Source of the DNA: an uncultured Acidobacteriota bacterium
GTDB taxonomy: Bacteria; Acidobacteriota; Thermoanaerobaculia; UBA5066; DATFVB01
Direction of reading: 5' to 3'
DNA length: 64,000 nucleotides
Assembly: GCA_963773815.1 (NCBI GenBank)
Contig: CAVZCI010000017.1
Location: forward strand, 891 to 64,890
This document shows positions 1-9,470 of the stretch, piece after piece (position 1 is the first letter of the stretch; each line of letters starts with the position of its first letter). Below the pieces are notes generated by a model. It worked only from the letters and a program-made list of their open reading frames with translations. It had not been told where the DNA came from and ran no database searches. Made by a program: the position numbers and the translations under genes.

Positions 1-861
1 GGCATCCCGACTCTGGGCGCCTCCACGGTCCAGATCGAAGCGGCGCTCGACACGGTCGTCACGGCGGACAATTTCTACGGGTCGTCGGCCTTCGACAGTC
101 CGACCAAGGATGCGCCGATCCTCGTCAATCCGACGAGCTCCTTCATTCCGTTCGGCTTCCAGCCGTTCAATTACCCGGATTACGAGGACCTCCTATCGCA
201 ACCGGTTCGGACGTTCTACGCCCGGTACTGGGAAGACACGACGGGCTTCAACGGCGTCGACACGGGCGTGACGAACAACGGAGACGAGGGCAACTACATG
301 GCGGCCGTGTTCCCGTTCGTCTCGTTCACCTTCGGCGACCAGCGCGAGCCGCTTGGCGTTCGATACGGCGTCCGCTACCTCAACAGCGGCGGCCTGAGCT
401 CGAACCTGCGCGTGTGGCGCGCCTCGGCCGACGACCTGACGGATCTGACGGGAAATTCCTGCACCGCGCGGGAAGCGGCGATTCTGGCGACGGTGTTCGA
501 CTCGGATGAAGGAACGCAGCAGATCAACGGGTGCCCGTCTCCGTGCCCGAAGACGTCGTTGAACTTCCCCTACGAGACGCAGCGCACGGGAGTCGATCAG
601 ATCGGCGCGCTCGCGGTCAACGGGTGGGCTTACATGAACTTCCTCGGTGCGGAGAGCAACGTCTCCTCGTCGAAGGATCTCGACCAGGCGTGGGTCGACT
701 ACGAGATGTCCTCGGGTGTCGCGTTCGTCAACGCGAGCGTCCCGGGCACGCAGCTCGATCCGAGCACCTGCTTCCCGGAGGGTCTCACGGACCTCGAGGG
801 CCTCGGCCCCTACCAGGCCTTCACTTTCTATCCATGGCCGGTGGGACTGGGTCACAACTAA
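1..861 (+). CDS. Hypothetical, probably secreted protein (5' partial)
   Basis: Frame open from base 1 (GIPTLGASTVQIEAALD...) through ORF 268..861; followed by a terminator. Confidence 0.75.
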   Translation, partial: GIPTLGASTVQIEAALDTVVTADNFYGSSAFDSPTKDAPILVNPTSSFIPFGFQPFNYPDYEDLLSQPVRTFYARYWEDTTGFNGVDTGVTNNGDEGNYMAAVFPFVSFTFGDQREPLGVRYGVRYLNSGGLSSNLRVWRASADDLTDLTGNSCTAREAAILATVFDSDEGTQQINGCPSPCPKTSLNFPYETQRTGVDQIGALAVNGWAYMNFLGAESNVSSSKDLDQAWVDYEMSSGVAFVNASVPGTQLDPSTCFPEGLTDLEGLGPYQAFTFYPWPVGLGHN

Positions 862-883
862 GCCTCGGTATCTGTCCGGTTCG

Positions 884-914
884 GTGGGCGGGGGCAACCC
901 CGCCCACTTTTTTT
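884..914 (+). terminator. Rho-independent terminator
   Basis: GTGGGCGGGG-GCAA-CCCCGCCCAC stem followed by a T run. Confidence 0.9.
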
Positions 915-1132
915 GTCCGGGACCCTGGTGACCCGGGAGCCCTGCTGGACCCTGGATTTCCGCCGTGTCTCGCTCCACGTGTTCGCGACCCTCGGGCGGA
1001 AGGCCATCTGCGGCCGCCGATTCTGAAATCCAGACGACAAGGACGCGCCCTGCGCAAAATCGAAGCGTACACTTGTCCCTTCTGTCCAATTTGTGCGATG
1101 GGAAGAGCAGCCGGGATGGCCAGGAGGCAGGG

Positions 1133-3073
1133 ATGCGCTTGCGGAAGGGTTCCCTCACGGAGAGCCAGGAGTCAGAGGCGAAATACCGCGGATTACTGGA
1201 GGCGGCACCCGACGCGATGATCGTCGTGAAGGAGGACGGAGAAATCGTCCTGCTCAACGCCCGCGTCGAGAAACAGTTCGGCTACCGCCGCGATCAGCTC
1301 GTGGGCCGAAACGTGACGATCCTCATCCCCGAAGGTTTCAAGGAACGCCTGTTCTCGGACGCCCTTCGCTCCCGGGCCGACGCCCTGGCGCAGCAGATCG
1401 GCTCCGGCCTCGAGCTCTCCGGCCGGCGGAGCGATGGAACCGAATTCCCGATCGAGATCATGCTGAGCCCTCTCGAAAGCGCCGGGGAAACCCTCGTGAC
1501 CGCGGCAATCCGCGACATCACCGAACGTCGGCGCATCGAAGAAGCGTTGCGCCAGAGCGAAGCGCGCGCCCGGGAACTGCTGGAGAACGCGACGGGAGCG
1601 ATCTACATCTCTTCGGTCGACGGCACGGTCGTTCAGGTCAACCGGGCCGCCGAGAGGCTCGAGGGCCGGCCGCGGCTGGAAATCGTCGGGCGGTCGGTGC
1701 TCGACTCGATCGCGCCGGAGGAGCGGGAAAACACCGGCAGGAGCTTCGGGGACATCCTGTCGGAAGGAAGCGTCCTCGGCTTCGAAACGCGGTCCCTGCG
1801 AGCCGATGGCACGTCGGTTCCCACCGAGGTGCTGGCGTCGCTCGTCGAGGTCGGCGGGGAGCGGTTCATCCACGCGACCGTCCACGACGTGTCGCAACGC
1901 AAGTCGCTCGAGGAGCAATTACGCCACGCGCAAAAGATGGAAGCCGTGGGCCGCCTCGCCGCCGGCATCGCGCATGACTTCAACAACCTTCTCACGGTGA
2001 TTCTCGGATCGAGCGAAATTCTCGAGCTGCACCTGGCCGACCCGGACGCCATTCGGCGGGACCTCCGGGAGCTTCGGCACGCCGCGGAGCGCGGCGCCGC
2101 GCTCACGGGCCAGTTGCTGGCGTTTTCCCGGAAGCAGGTTCTGAAGCCGGTCGCGCTCGACCCCGGCGAAGTGCTGGCCGGCATGAGCGCGATGCTCGGC
2201 GGACTGCTCGGCGAGCGAATCGACCTGTCGTTCTCGGTCGCACCGGATACCGGAAGAGTCCTCCTCGACCGCGGTCAGCTCGAACAGGTGATCATGAACC
2301 TCGCGGTGAATGCGCGCGATGCCATGCCCGCCGGCGGCAAGCTTTCGATCCGCGTGGAGCCCGTTGAGCGCGACGAGAATTACACGGATCTTCACCTGCG
2401 GGCGCGCCCGGGACCGTTCGTCCGGATCACGGTGGAGGACGACGGCATCGGAATGACCGCGGAGGTGAAAAGCCACGTCTTCGAGCCGTTCTTCACGACG
2501 AAGGAATCCGGCAAGGGGACCGGCCTCGGGCTCGCGACCGTTTACGGCATCGCCCACTCCGCCGGCGGCGACGTCTGGGTCTACAGCGAGCCCGGCCACG
2601 GAACGACGTTCAAGATCTTCCTGCCGCGCATGGAGGGGACCGACGAGCGAACGCGAACCACCCCGACGCCGACTCCGGTTCCGGTTCGAACCGGCACCGA
2701 CACGATTTTCCTCCTCGAGGACGACAACACGATTCGGGCGATGGCGGAGGAATACCTCTCGGCGAAGGGCTATCGGGTGGTCTCCGCCCGCGACGGCGAC
2801 GAAATGCTGCGTCTCGCGGCGTCTCACGCCGAGTCCTTCGACGTGCTCGTCACCGACGTCGTCGTTCCCGGCAAGAACGGCCGCGAGGTCGCGGAGGCCC
2901 TGCGCGAAAAGAACCCGGCGCTTCCGGTCATTTTCATGTCCGGATACACGGATGACGCGGTGATCGTCCGGGGAGCGCGGGAGGGAGGCATGGAGTTCCT
3001 GCAGAAGCCGTTCGACCTGTCCACGCTCGCGAGAAAGATCGCCGAGATCCTGGATCGCCGCCTGCCCGGCTGA
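1133..3073 (+). CDS. Hybrid sensor histidine kinase (2 PAS, HisKA/HATPase, receiver)
   Basis: AHDFNNLL H-box, NLAVNARDAM, FEPFFTTK..GTGLGL, C-terminal receiver; AGGAGG before ATG 1133. Confidence 0.92.
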   Translation: MRLRKGSLTESQESEAKYRGLLEAAPDAMIVVKEDGEIVLLNARVEKQFGYRRDQLVGRNVTILIPEGFKERLFSDALRSRADALAQQIGSGLELSGRRSDGTEFPIEIMLSPLESAGETLVTAAIRDITERRRIEEALRQSEARARELLENATGAIYISSVDGTVVQVNRAAERLEGRPRLEIVGRSVLDSIAPEERENTGRSFGDILSEGSVLGFETRSLRADGTSVPTEVLASLVEVGGERFIHATVHDVSQRKSLEEQLRHAQKMEAVGRLAAGIAHDFNNLLTVILGSSEILELHLADPDAIRRDLRELRHAAERGAALTGQLLAFSRKQVLKPVALDPGEVLAGMSAMLGGLLGERIDLSFSVAPDTGRVLLDRGQLEQVIMNLAVNARDAMPAGGKLSIRVEPVERDENYTDLHLRARPGPFVRITVEDDGIGMTAEVKSHVFEPFFTTKESGKGTGLGLATVYGIAHSAGGDVWVYSEPGHGTTFKIFLPRMEGTDERTRTTPTPTPVPVRTGTDTIFLLEDDNTIRAMAEEYLSAKGYRVVSARDGDEMLRLAASHAESFDVLVTDVVVPGKNGREVAEALREKNPALPVIFMSGYTDDAVIVRGAREGGMEFLQKPFDLSTLARKIAEILDRRLPG

Positions 3074-3092
3074 GCGAGAATTTCGTTTCGAA

Positions 3093-3111
3093 GTATCGGT
3101 CGGGACGCCGG
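3093..3111. repeat. Direct repeat of tRNA-Pro 3' end (att-like)
   Basis: GTATCGGTCGGGACGCCGG vs GTATTGGTCGGGACGCCGG at 3910-3928 (18/19). Confidence 0.75.
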
Positions 3112-3245
3112 TCATCGACGATCTCGACCGTCTGCGCGCCTCGATCCGCTTCCGGCGCTCCCGCGCGATCTCCGCGAGTACCTGGGCCGGGCTAGGGCCG
3201 ACTTCGACCTCAGGCGTTTACTCGCGGAGCTCGAGAGCGACACTC

Positions 3246-3615
3246 TTACTCGGCGAGAGGAAACGGGTGCCGTCGAATCCGTCGCCGGTCAACCACCGTC
3301 AGGGAATGTGCGAGTTCCGAAGCATCGAATCGCTCCAGAACACGATCGAGGAGCGCCAGCATTTCCTTGTCGGAATAGCTCCCGCCCCGAAACAGAATTA
3401 CTCCCGGGCCCGAGCTTCCATGGAGCGCGAGGAGGCGGGGGTAATCCAAGTCGGCGGTCACCACCACGCGACCCTCTTCTTTCGCTCTTTCGAGAATTTT
3501 TTCGTCGGACGCGGAGAACAGGCCGATCGCGGATGCGGTGGACCGCATCGTGCCACGCCGCTGACAGGTGCTGAACGGCGCCCGGAGTGACCGGCATATC
3601 GATAAGGAATTTCAA
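3246..3615 (-). CDS. DUF5615 PIN-like toxin (frameshift near 3540)
   Basis: KFLIDMPV...HDAVH in one frame joins ASDEKILERA..VVTADLDY..GVILFR in another; start overlaps DUF433 stop. Confidence 0.75.
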
Positions 3616-3839
3616 CCGCCGACGATTTCGAAGGTCTCGTCTTCCGCGAGGGTCGCCGCATACTGCAAGGACTCGTCGATGTCGGCAGCTTCGAGATACG
3701 GGTAAGCGCGCAGGATCTCCTCGCGCGACTGGCCCGCCGCGAGCAGTCCCAGCAGTCTCGAGACAGGGAACCGCAAATCGCGGATACATGGTTTCCCGGT
3801 GCAGACGTCCGGGCGAATAGTGATTCGGCTGAAAGTCAT
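3612..3839 (-). CDS. DUF433 antitoxin
   Basis: RITIRPDVCTGKPCIRDLRFPV...YPYLEAADI signature. Confidence 0.88.
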   Translation of the reverse strand: MTFSRITIRPDVCTGKPCIRDLRFPVSRLLGLLAAGQSREEILRAYPYLEAADIDESLQYAATLAEDETFEIVGG

Positions 3840-3913
3840 CCCTGCTCCATACCCTCGGTCGTATGGTACCGCGTCTTCAGTGCCCGATCGGGCTGGTCCG
3901 ATTGAATTTGTAT

Positions 3914-3991
3914 TGGTCGGGACGCCGGGATTTGAACCCGGGACCCCCTGAACCCCATTCAGGTACGCTAGCCAGGCTGCGCCACGTCCCG
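3914..3991 (-). tRNA. tRNA-Pro(GGG)
   Basis: CGGGACG acceptor stem, anticodon arm CCTGA-ATGGGGT-TCAGG, GGTTCAAATCC, encoded CCA. Confidence 0.95.
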
Positions 3992-4045
3992 ACCGTTGGA
4001 AGGGCGCATTTGAACACGCGCCCGGCCGCGAGTCAACGCGACGAG

Positions 4046-4084
4046 CCTCCCCTCCCTGCAATGCGGGGAGGGGCAGGGGTGGGG
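4046..4084. repeat. Palindromic CCCCTCCC/GGGAGGGG-type repeat
   Basis: CCCCTCCCTGCAATGCGGGGAGGGG hairpin plus GGGGTGGGG tail, related to 12531 and 54253 copies. Confidence 0.55.
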
Positions 4085-4092
4085 TTTCCGCG

Positions 4093-4605
4093 CTACCGCG
4101 GCGACAGAATTTTCAGGATTTCCCGCAGCTCCTTCGCGAGGCGCTTCGCGTCGACCGCGGGTGTCGTCTTCGGCGCGGGGGCAGGAGCGGCCGGAGCCGG
4201 CGCCGGAGCGGCGGCGCGCGGAGCGGGCGCGGACGGGGGCAAAGGCGCAGCCTTCGCCTCCAGTGGCAATGCAGGAGGAAGCGGAATCGGCTTCACGGGA
4301 GCCGGGGCGGGGGCGGCGGCCTTCTTTTTCGCGCCCGGCTTTCCCTGGAACTCCCCCGCCGCGATCTCCGCGTCGATCTTCTTCTTCGCGCCGGCGATCG
4401 TGAATCCCTCGTCGTAGAGGAGCTGCCGGATGCGCGAGACGATCTGGACTTCCTTTTCCGAGTAGCTGCGGTTCAGGCTCTTGTCTTTGTCCGCCGCGGA
4501 GAGGCACGGAAACTCCGTGAGCCAGTACTTCAGGACGTACGGCGCGACGTCGGTGGTCTTGCAGACTTCCGCGGCCTTGAACGTCTTTTCGGTGGTTTCC
4601 GGCAT
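4093..4605 (-). CDS. MerR-family HTH regulator with Pro/Ala linker
   Basis: VLKYWLTEFP..RSY..IRQLLYDEGFTIAGAKK; common position upstream of tRNA-Pro. Confidence 0.85.
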   Translation of the reverse strand: MPETTEKTFKAAEVCKTTDVAPYVLKYWLTEFPCLSAADKDKSLNRSYSEKEVQIVSRIRQLLYDEGFTIAGAKKKIDAEIAAGEFQGKPGAKKKAAAPAPAPVKPIPLPPALPLEAKAAPLPPSAPAPRAAAPAPAPAAPAPAPKTTPAVDAKRLAKELREILKILSPR

Positions 4606-4643
4606 CTGCACGCGATTTTAACCCAGGAGTGGCTCTGCCCCGA

Positions 4644-4726
4644 CTGTCATCGCGAGGCCTCGAAGAGGCCGTGGCGATCTACCCCGTGGGCGGATTGCTT
4701 CGTCGCTTCGCTCCTCGCAATGACAG
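4644..4726. repeat. GTCAT(T/C)GCGAG...CTCGCAATGAC palindromic REP-like element
   Basis: Terminal inverted repeats with inner hairpins; related copies at 6112-6197 and 57488-57519. Confidence 0.8.
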
Positions 4727-4734
4727 CCAGGAGG

Positions 4735-6090
4735 CTATGACCGTTTCGTGCCCGAAGGCTTCCGCTTCCTCGCGCTCACATGAAACAGGATCGGCGTGCC
4801 CGCGAAGTCCGCCGCGCGGCGAAAGACGTTCTCGAGGCGCCGCGAGTCGGAGAAATACAGCTTGTCCGCGCGGGACGCGACGAGCGTGAACGTGGGCGGC
4901 GAGGTCTTCGTCTGGGACGCGTACAGGACCTTCAACTGCCGTCCGGAGTCCCCTTTCGGCATGCGGCCGCGGAACTCGTTCGAGACGATGCGATTGATCT
5001 CCGCGGTCGCGAGGCGCCGCTCCCGGTTGCCCGCGACGCGCGCGATCTCGGCGGGCAGTTTCGCGACGCCCCGCCCGGTCTTTGCCGAGATCAGGAGCAG
5101 CGGGGCGAACTTCGCGAACGGGAATTTCTCGTACACGTCGAGCCGGTAGTCCTTGGAGTCCTTCGTCGTCTCGACAGCGAGGTCCCACTTGTTGCCGATC
5201 AGGAGCAGCGCCTTTCCACTCTCGACCGCGTAGGACGCGATCGTGGAATCCTGCGACGTCGGGCCCTGCACGGCATCGAACACGACGAGCGCGACGTCGC
5301 ATCGTTCCAGACGCTTGCGCGCCGCGACGACGGACAGCACCTCGGGTCCCTGCTCGGTCTTTCCCCGGCGCCGGATGCCGGCCGTGTCGATGAATCGAAA
5401 CCGGCGATCCCCGAACGACATGACGATATCCACGGCGTCGCGCGTCGTTCCGGCGACCTCCGAGACGATCGTCCTCTCGAACCCGACGATCGCGTTCAAC
5501 AGGGAAGATTTACCCACGTTCGGCCGGCCCACGATCGCGACCGCGATCTCCGCGGCCCCGGCGGGCTCCGGGGCCGATCCCTCGGCCTCCGGCTTCTTCG
5601 ACCGCCGGGCGATCTCGTCGAGGACCTCTTCGACGCCGAGGTTGTGTTCCGCGGAGACTCCGAACACGTCCGGAAACCCGAGGTCATAGGCTTCCGGCTC
5701 CCCCTCTTCCCCTTCGCGCCGGTCGATCTTGTTCGCGAGCACGAAACACGGCTTGCCCGCCTCCCGGATCACCCGCGCGGACTCCCGGTCGCCGGCGAGG
5801 ACGCCGGCCGAAGCATCGATGACGAGCAGCGCGAGGTCGCAGCTGCGGATCTCCGCGAGCGCCCGCTCGCGGACCGAGTCCGGAATCGATCCCCGGTCGG
5901 AAGGATCGAAGCCTCCCGTGTCGATCAGGAGAAACGATTCGCCGGTCGGAAGCGTTACTCTCTCTTCGACGACGTCCCGGGTCATCCCGGGCAGATCGTG
6001 GACGAGCGAGCGCCTTTTCCGGAGGATGCGGTTGAACAGCGCCGACTTTCCGACGTTCGGCCGCCCGACGATCGCGACGCGGAGACTCAC
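4735..6090 (-). CDS. der: Ribosome biogenesis GTPase Der
   Basis: Two GRPNVGKS G-domains, DTGG/DTAG, NKID/NKWD, KH-like C-terminus. Confidence 0.96.
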   Translation of the reverse strand: MSLRVAIVGRPNVGKSALFNRILRKRRSLVHDLPGMTRDVVEERVTLPTGESFLLIDTGGFDPSDRGSIPDSVRERALAEIRSCDLALLVIDASAGVLAGDRESARVIREAGKPCFVLANKIDRREGEEGEPEAYDLGFPDVFGVSAEHNLGVEEVLDEIARRSKKPEAEGSAPEPAGAAEIAVAIVGRPNVGKSSLLNAIVGFERTIVSEVAGTTRDAVDIVMSFGDRRFRFIDTAGIRRRGKTEQGPEVLSVVAARKRLERCDVALVVFDAVQGPTSQDSTIASYAVESGKALLLIGNKWDLAVETTKDSKDYRLDVYEKFPFAKFAPLLLISAKTGRGVAKLPAEIARVAGNRERRLATAEINRIVSNEFRGRMPKGDSGRQLKVLYASQTKTSPPTFTLVASRADKLYFSDSRRLENVFRRAADFAGTPILFHVSARKRKPSGTKRS

Positions 6091-6111
6091 CGCCGCGCCA
6101 ACTTCACTACT

Positions 6112-6197
6112 GTCATTGCGAGCGCCAGCGAAGCAATCTGATCCGGGGCCGGCGGGCAGATTGCCGCGGTCGGCCTCTCGGCCTCCCTCGCAATGAC
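6112..6197. repeat. GTCATTGCGAG...CTCGCAATGAC element, inverted relative to the 4644 copy
   Basis: 11-bp terminal inverted repeat; shared GATTGCTTCG/GCAATCT core. Confidence 0.8.
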
Positions 6198-6205
6198 CAA
6201 AATCG

Positions 6206-8419
6206 TCATCTCCGCGACTTCGCCGGCCGCCCCCGGCCTGCCGTGCGGGGCTCGCGCGGCGGCGGCGCGGGAGCCGACTCCGGCCGGAAATCGACGCGCC
6301 GCTGCACTTCGTCCAGCGCCGTGAGCTTGACGCGGATCGCGTCGCCGAGACGAAACGCCTTTCCGCTGTGCCGCCCGCGAAGGCGGTGGGCCCGTTCCTC
6401 GTAGACGTAAAAGTCGTCGGAAAGCGTCTGGACCGGAACGAGGCCCTCGACGAGGAACTCCGAAAGCGTCACGAACAGGCCGAACGCCGCGACACCCGAA
6501 ACGTACGCGTCGAACGTCCTTCCGATCTTGTCGCGCAGAAACACGATCTTCTTCCACAGCAGCGACGCCCTCTCCGCGGACTCGGCACGGCGCTCGCGCT
6601 CGGAAGACTCTCGCGCGACCTGCTCGTAGAAGCCGTTGCGCGCCTCGAAATCGTCCGGGGGAAAGGGGCGGCGGGACGCGAGCAGCCGGGTCAACGCGCG
6701 GTGCACGATCAGGTCGGGATAGCGGCGGATGGGGGAAGTGAAGTGGCAGTAGTAGTCGGCCGCGAGGGCGTAGTGGCCGCGGCATTCGGAGGAATACACG
6801 GCCTTGCGCTGGGAGCGCAGCAGCAGGTCGGTCAGGAAGCGCTCCTCCGGCTTTCCCTCGATCTCGCGGAGGACCTTCTGGAACGCAGACGGGCGCAGCT
6901 CCGCGAGGTCTCCCTTGAGCTCGTAGCCGAACGACTGGAGCGTCTCGCGAAGGTCGGTGAGCTTGTCCGGATCGGGCCGGTCGTGAACGCGGTAGATCGC
7001 CGGCTCCTTCGCGAAGAGCAGGTGTTTCGCGACCGCCTCGTTGGCGGCGAGCATGAATTCCTCGATGATCTGGTGGGCGACGTTTCGCGCTTCGGGCTGG
7101 ATCCCGACGACGAAACCGTCGGAGTCGAGCATGACCGCCGCGGAGGCGAGGTCGAAATCGATCGATCCGCGGCTCTCCCGCCGTTTCTTGAGGAGCATCG
7201 CGAGCTCGCGCATGAGGCGAAACTTCGGAAGCAGGGGGCCGTACGCCTGGTCATCCTCCGCCGTGGGACTCTCGAGGAGCCGGGCGACTTCCGTGTACGT
7301 CATCCGGGCCGCGCTGCGGATCACGCCCTTCGAGAAGGAGGAGCCCTGGACCCGCCCGTGAGAGTCGAATTCGATCGAGGCGGACAGCGTGAGCCGGTCC
7401 ACCCGGGGGTTGAGAGAGCACAGCCCGTTGGAAAGACGTTCCGGCAGCATCGGAATCACGCGGCCGGGAAAGTAGACGGACGTCCCGCGCCACCGGGCCT
7501 CGGCCTCCAGCGCCGTGCCCTCGGCGACATAGTGAGAGACGTCGGCGATGTGGACGCCCAGCCGGTATCCGCCGCCGGCGGTCTTCTCGACCTCGACCGC
7601 GTCGTCGAAGTCCTTCGCGGTTTCGCCGTCGATCGTGACGATCGCGTGCCCCCGAAAGTCGGACCGCCCGGAGAAGTCCGCCGCTCCCGGCTGCTCGGGG
7701 AAGGACTCGGATTCCGCGACGACCTCCTGCGGAAAGCGGTTCGGCAGGTCGTGCATGCGAATGACGATTTCGACGTCGACGCCCGGCTCGCCGAGAAAGC
7801 CGAGGCGCTCGACGACCTCGCCGCGGGCGATCCGCCGGTCGTCGGGGTACGAGGTGAACCGCGCGACGACGATCTCCGAGTCGATCGCGCCGTCGGTCTG
7901 CTCGCCCGGGATCCGGACCTCCGTCGCCATTTTCGGATCGTAGGGAACGACGCGCGCGCGGCCTTCCTTCGAATCGAACTGGCCGACGACGCGATCGCGC
8001 GCCCTCTGGAGGATCTTGACGACGGTACCCGAGGTGCGGTCGTCCCGGACGCGAGCGCCCTTCCGGGCTTTCGCCTGCGCTTCGCGGGCGAGCACGAAGT
8101 CCCCGTCGAGCGCGCCGCCGAGGCCGGTGCGGGGAATGTAGAGGTCCTCGACGCTGCGGTCGCCCGAGAGCACGAAACCGAACCCCTCGGCCCGGATCGA
8201 AATCTTGCCGGCGACGAGGCTCGAGAATTCGATCGCCGAGTATTTTTCCCCCCGCACCCGCGCGATTTCTCCCCGCGTCTCCAGCGCGTCGAGCCGCGCG
8301 CGAAAGGCTTCGCTCTCCCCTTCCGCCACCTCGAAGACGCCCGCGAGCTGGGCGAACGACAGGATACGGCTCGCCTTCTGGCGAAGGCGGTCGAGGATCT
8401 GGGCGTCGGAGGGGATCAC
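6206..8419 (-). CDS. rnr: Ribonuclease R
   Basis: TIDGETAKDFDDAV, HIADVSHYV, HFTSPIRRYPDL, S1 domain. Confidence 0.96.
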   Translation of the reverse strand: MIPSDAQILDRLRQKASRILSFAQLAGVFEVAEGESEAFRARLDALETRGEIARVRGEKYSAIEFSSLVAGKISIRAEGFGFVLSGDRSVEDLYIPRTGLGGALDGDFVLAREAQAKARKGARVRDDRTSGTVVKILQRARDRVVGQFDSKEGRARVVPYDPKMATEVRIPGEQTDGAIDSEIVVARFTSYPDDRRIARGEVVERLGFLGEPGVDVEIVIRMHDLPNRFPQEVVAESESFPEQPGAADFSGRSDFRGHAIVTIDGETAKDFDDAVEVEKTAGGGYRLGVHIADVSHYVAEGTALEAEARWRGTSVYFPGRVIPMLPERLSNGLCSLNPRVDRLTLSASIEFDSHGRVQGSSFSKGVIRSAARMTYTEVARLLESPTAEDDQAYGPLLPKFRLMRELAMLLKKRRESRGSIDFDLASAAVMLDSDGFVVGIQPEARNVAHQIIEEFMLAANEAVAKHLLFAKEPAIYRVHDRPDPDKLTDLRETLQSFGYELKGDLAELRPSAFQKVLREIEGKPEERFLTDLLLRSQRKAVYSSECRGHYALAADYYCHFTSPIRRYPDLIVHRALTRLLASRRPFPPDDFEARNGFYEQVARESSERERRAESAERASLLWKKIVFLRDKIGRTFDAYVSGVAAFGLFVTLSEFLVEGLVPVQTLSDDFYVYEERAHRLRGRHSGKAFRLGDAIRVKLTALDEVQRRVDFRPESAPAPPPREPRTAGRGRPAKSRR

Positions 8420-8445
8420 GAGGGCAGTTTACCCCGGGGCGGGAA

Positions 8446-8664
8446 TTCGCTCAGCCCGCTTCGCTTCCAGCCCCAGGGCGGCGCTCGGCAGTTCCTCGCT
8501 CGCCGAAAAGAACTCGCAACATCGGGCTTCGCTTCGGCGTCGTCCTTCCGTGGGGGGCTCGGAGACTTCGAGCGAAAGGCATCCAGCTCAAACACACTTT
8601 TCGGCTCCTCAGAACCGCCTGCGCGCCGCCCTTCAGGCCCCGGTCGCTCTCGGGCTCTCGCTCA
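8446..8664. other. ~220-nt imperfect long hairpin element (copy A)
   Basis: Nested inverted segments AGCCCG/CGGGCT, AGGGCGGCGC/GCGCCGCCCT, GCCGAAAAG/CTTTTCGGC. Confidence 0.6.
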
Positions 8665-8721
8665 GGGATGAGACGCCCTCAGCTTGACCCGATGTGCCCG
8701 CGCATCTAAGATGCCCTTCCC

Positions 8722-8807
8722 GCGAAAGTGGCGGAACTGGCAGACGCGCAGGTCTCAGAAGCCTGTGGTGAATAACCGTGGGGGTTCAAGTCCCCCCTTT
8801 CGCACCA
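8722..8807 (+). tRNA. tRNA-Leu(CAG)
   Basis: GCGAAAG acceptor stem, CAGGT-CTCAGAA-GCCTG anticodon arm, long variable arm, CCA. Confidence 0.95.
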
Positions 8808-8831
8808 AGATTCTCCCGCCGAAAGGCCTCT

Positions 8832-9143
8832 TCAATGCATGCGAGGGCTGTGGCTCAGCCCTTTGAGGACCGAGAGGTCGGCCGTCGGCTCCAGATCGAG
8901 CCAGACGATGCCACGATCCTGCAGCGTTCGAATGACCTCGCTGCTGAAACCGCGCGGAAACCCGAGCTTCCCGAGCGCGATCTCGAACTCGATCTCAGAA
9001 TCGAAGCTCTCCGAGATTCCGTTTTCGGGAGCGGAGATCGCGAATCGATTGTTTCCATCGATGCGCACACGATGCGCGTATACCCTTCGAACCATTCCCA
9101 CCTGAAGCACGGCCGAGATGCAAAATTTGTTCCAAAAACCCAA
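8832..9143 (-). CDS. Hypothetical protein (start uncertain)
   Basis: Protein-like ORF in lower-GC DNA next to tRNA-Leu. Confidence 0.4.
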   Translation of the reverse strand: MGFWNKFCISAVLQVGMVRRVYAHRVRIDGNNRFAISAPENGISESFDSEIEFEIALGKLGFPRGFSSEVIRTLQDRGIVWLDLEPTADLSVLKGLSHSPRMH

Positions 9144-9179
9144 CAGCTGGAAGGGTGTGCGGTCTGTGCCCGAATTTGC

Positions 9180-9470
9180 CTACTCGAGGTCCGATTTCGG
9201 GATCGCGAACGCTTTTTCCTTGCGTCCCCGGTCGACGCACAGGAAGCAGGCCTTATAGACGTTTTCATACCCCATCTTGAGCTCGGCTCGAGTGACGAAG
9301 ATCTCCCGCGGCGGAATCGCGGGGTTGTCGGCATCCGACAGGCGCAGGACGACTCCCCGGGGAGTCGCGCTCTGGGATTCGACCTTCAGCCGGTGCGGAG
9401 GCTCGAAGGAGCAGGTGTAGATCGTGTCTTTCGGCAGGGGGCTGCCCGGGGCATTCGAGCTCATCGTCAC
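9180..9470 (-). CDS. Hypothetical protein
   Basis: GTGA overlap with PilZ gene stop; plausible composition. Confidence 0.55.
   Translation of the reverse strand: MTMSSNAPGSPLPKDTIYTCSFEPPHRLKVESQSATPRGVVLRLSDADNPAIPPREIFVTRAELKMGYENVYKACFLCVDRGRKEKAFAIPKSDLE

Noticed and set aside
8808-9470. Genomic island at tRNA-Leu
   Set aside because: Lower-GC hypothetical genes are present, but no tRNA-end duplication or integrase was found
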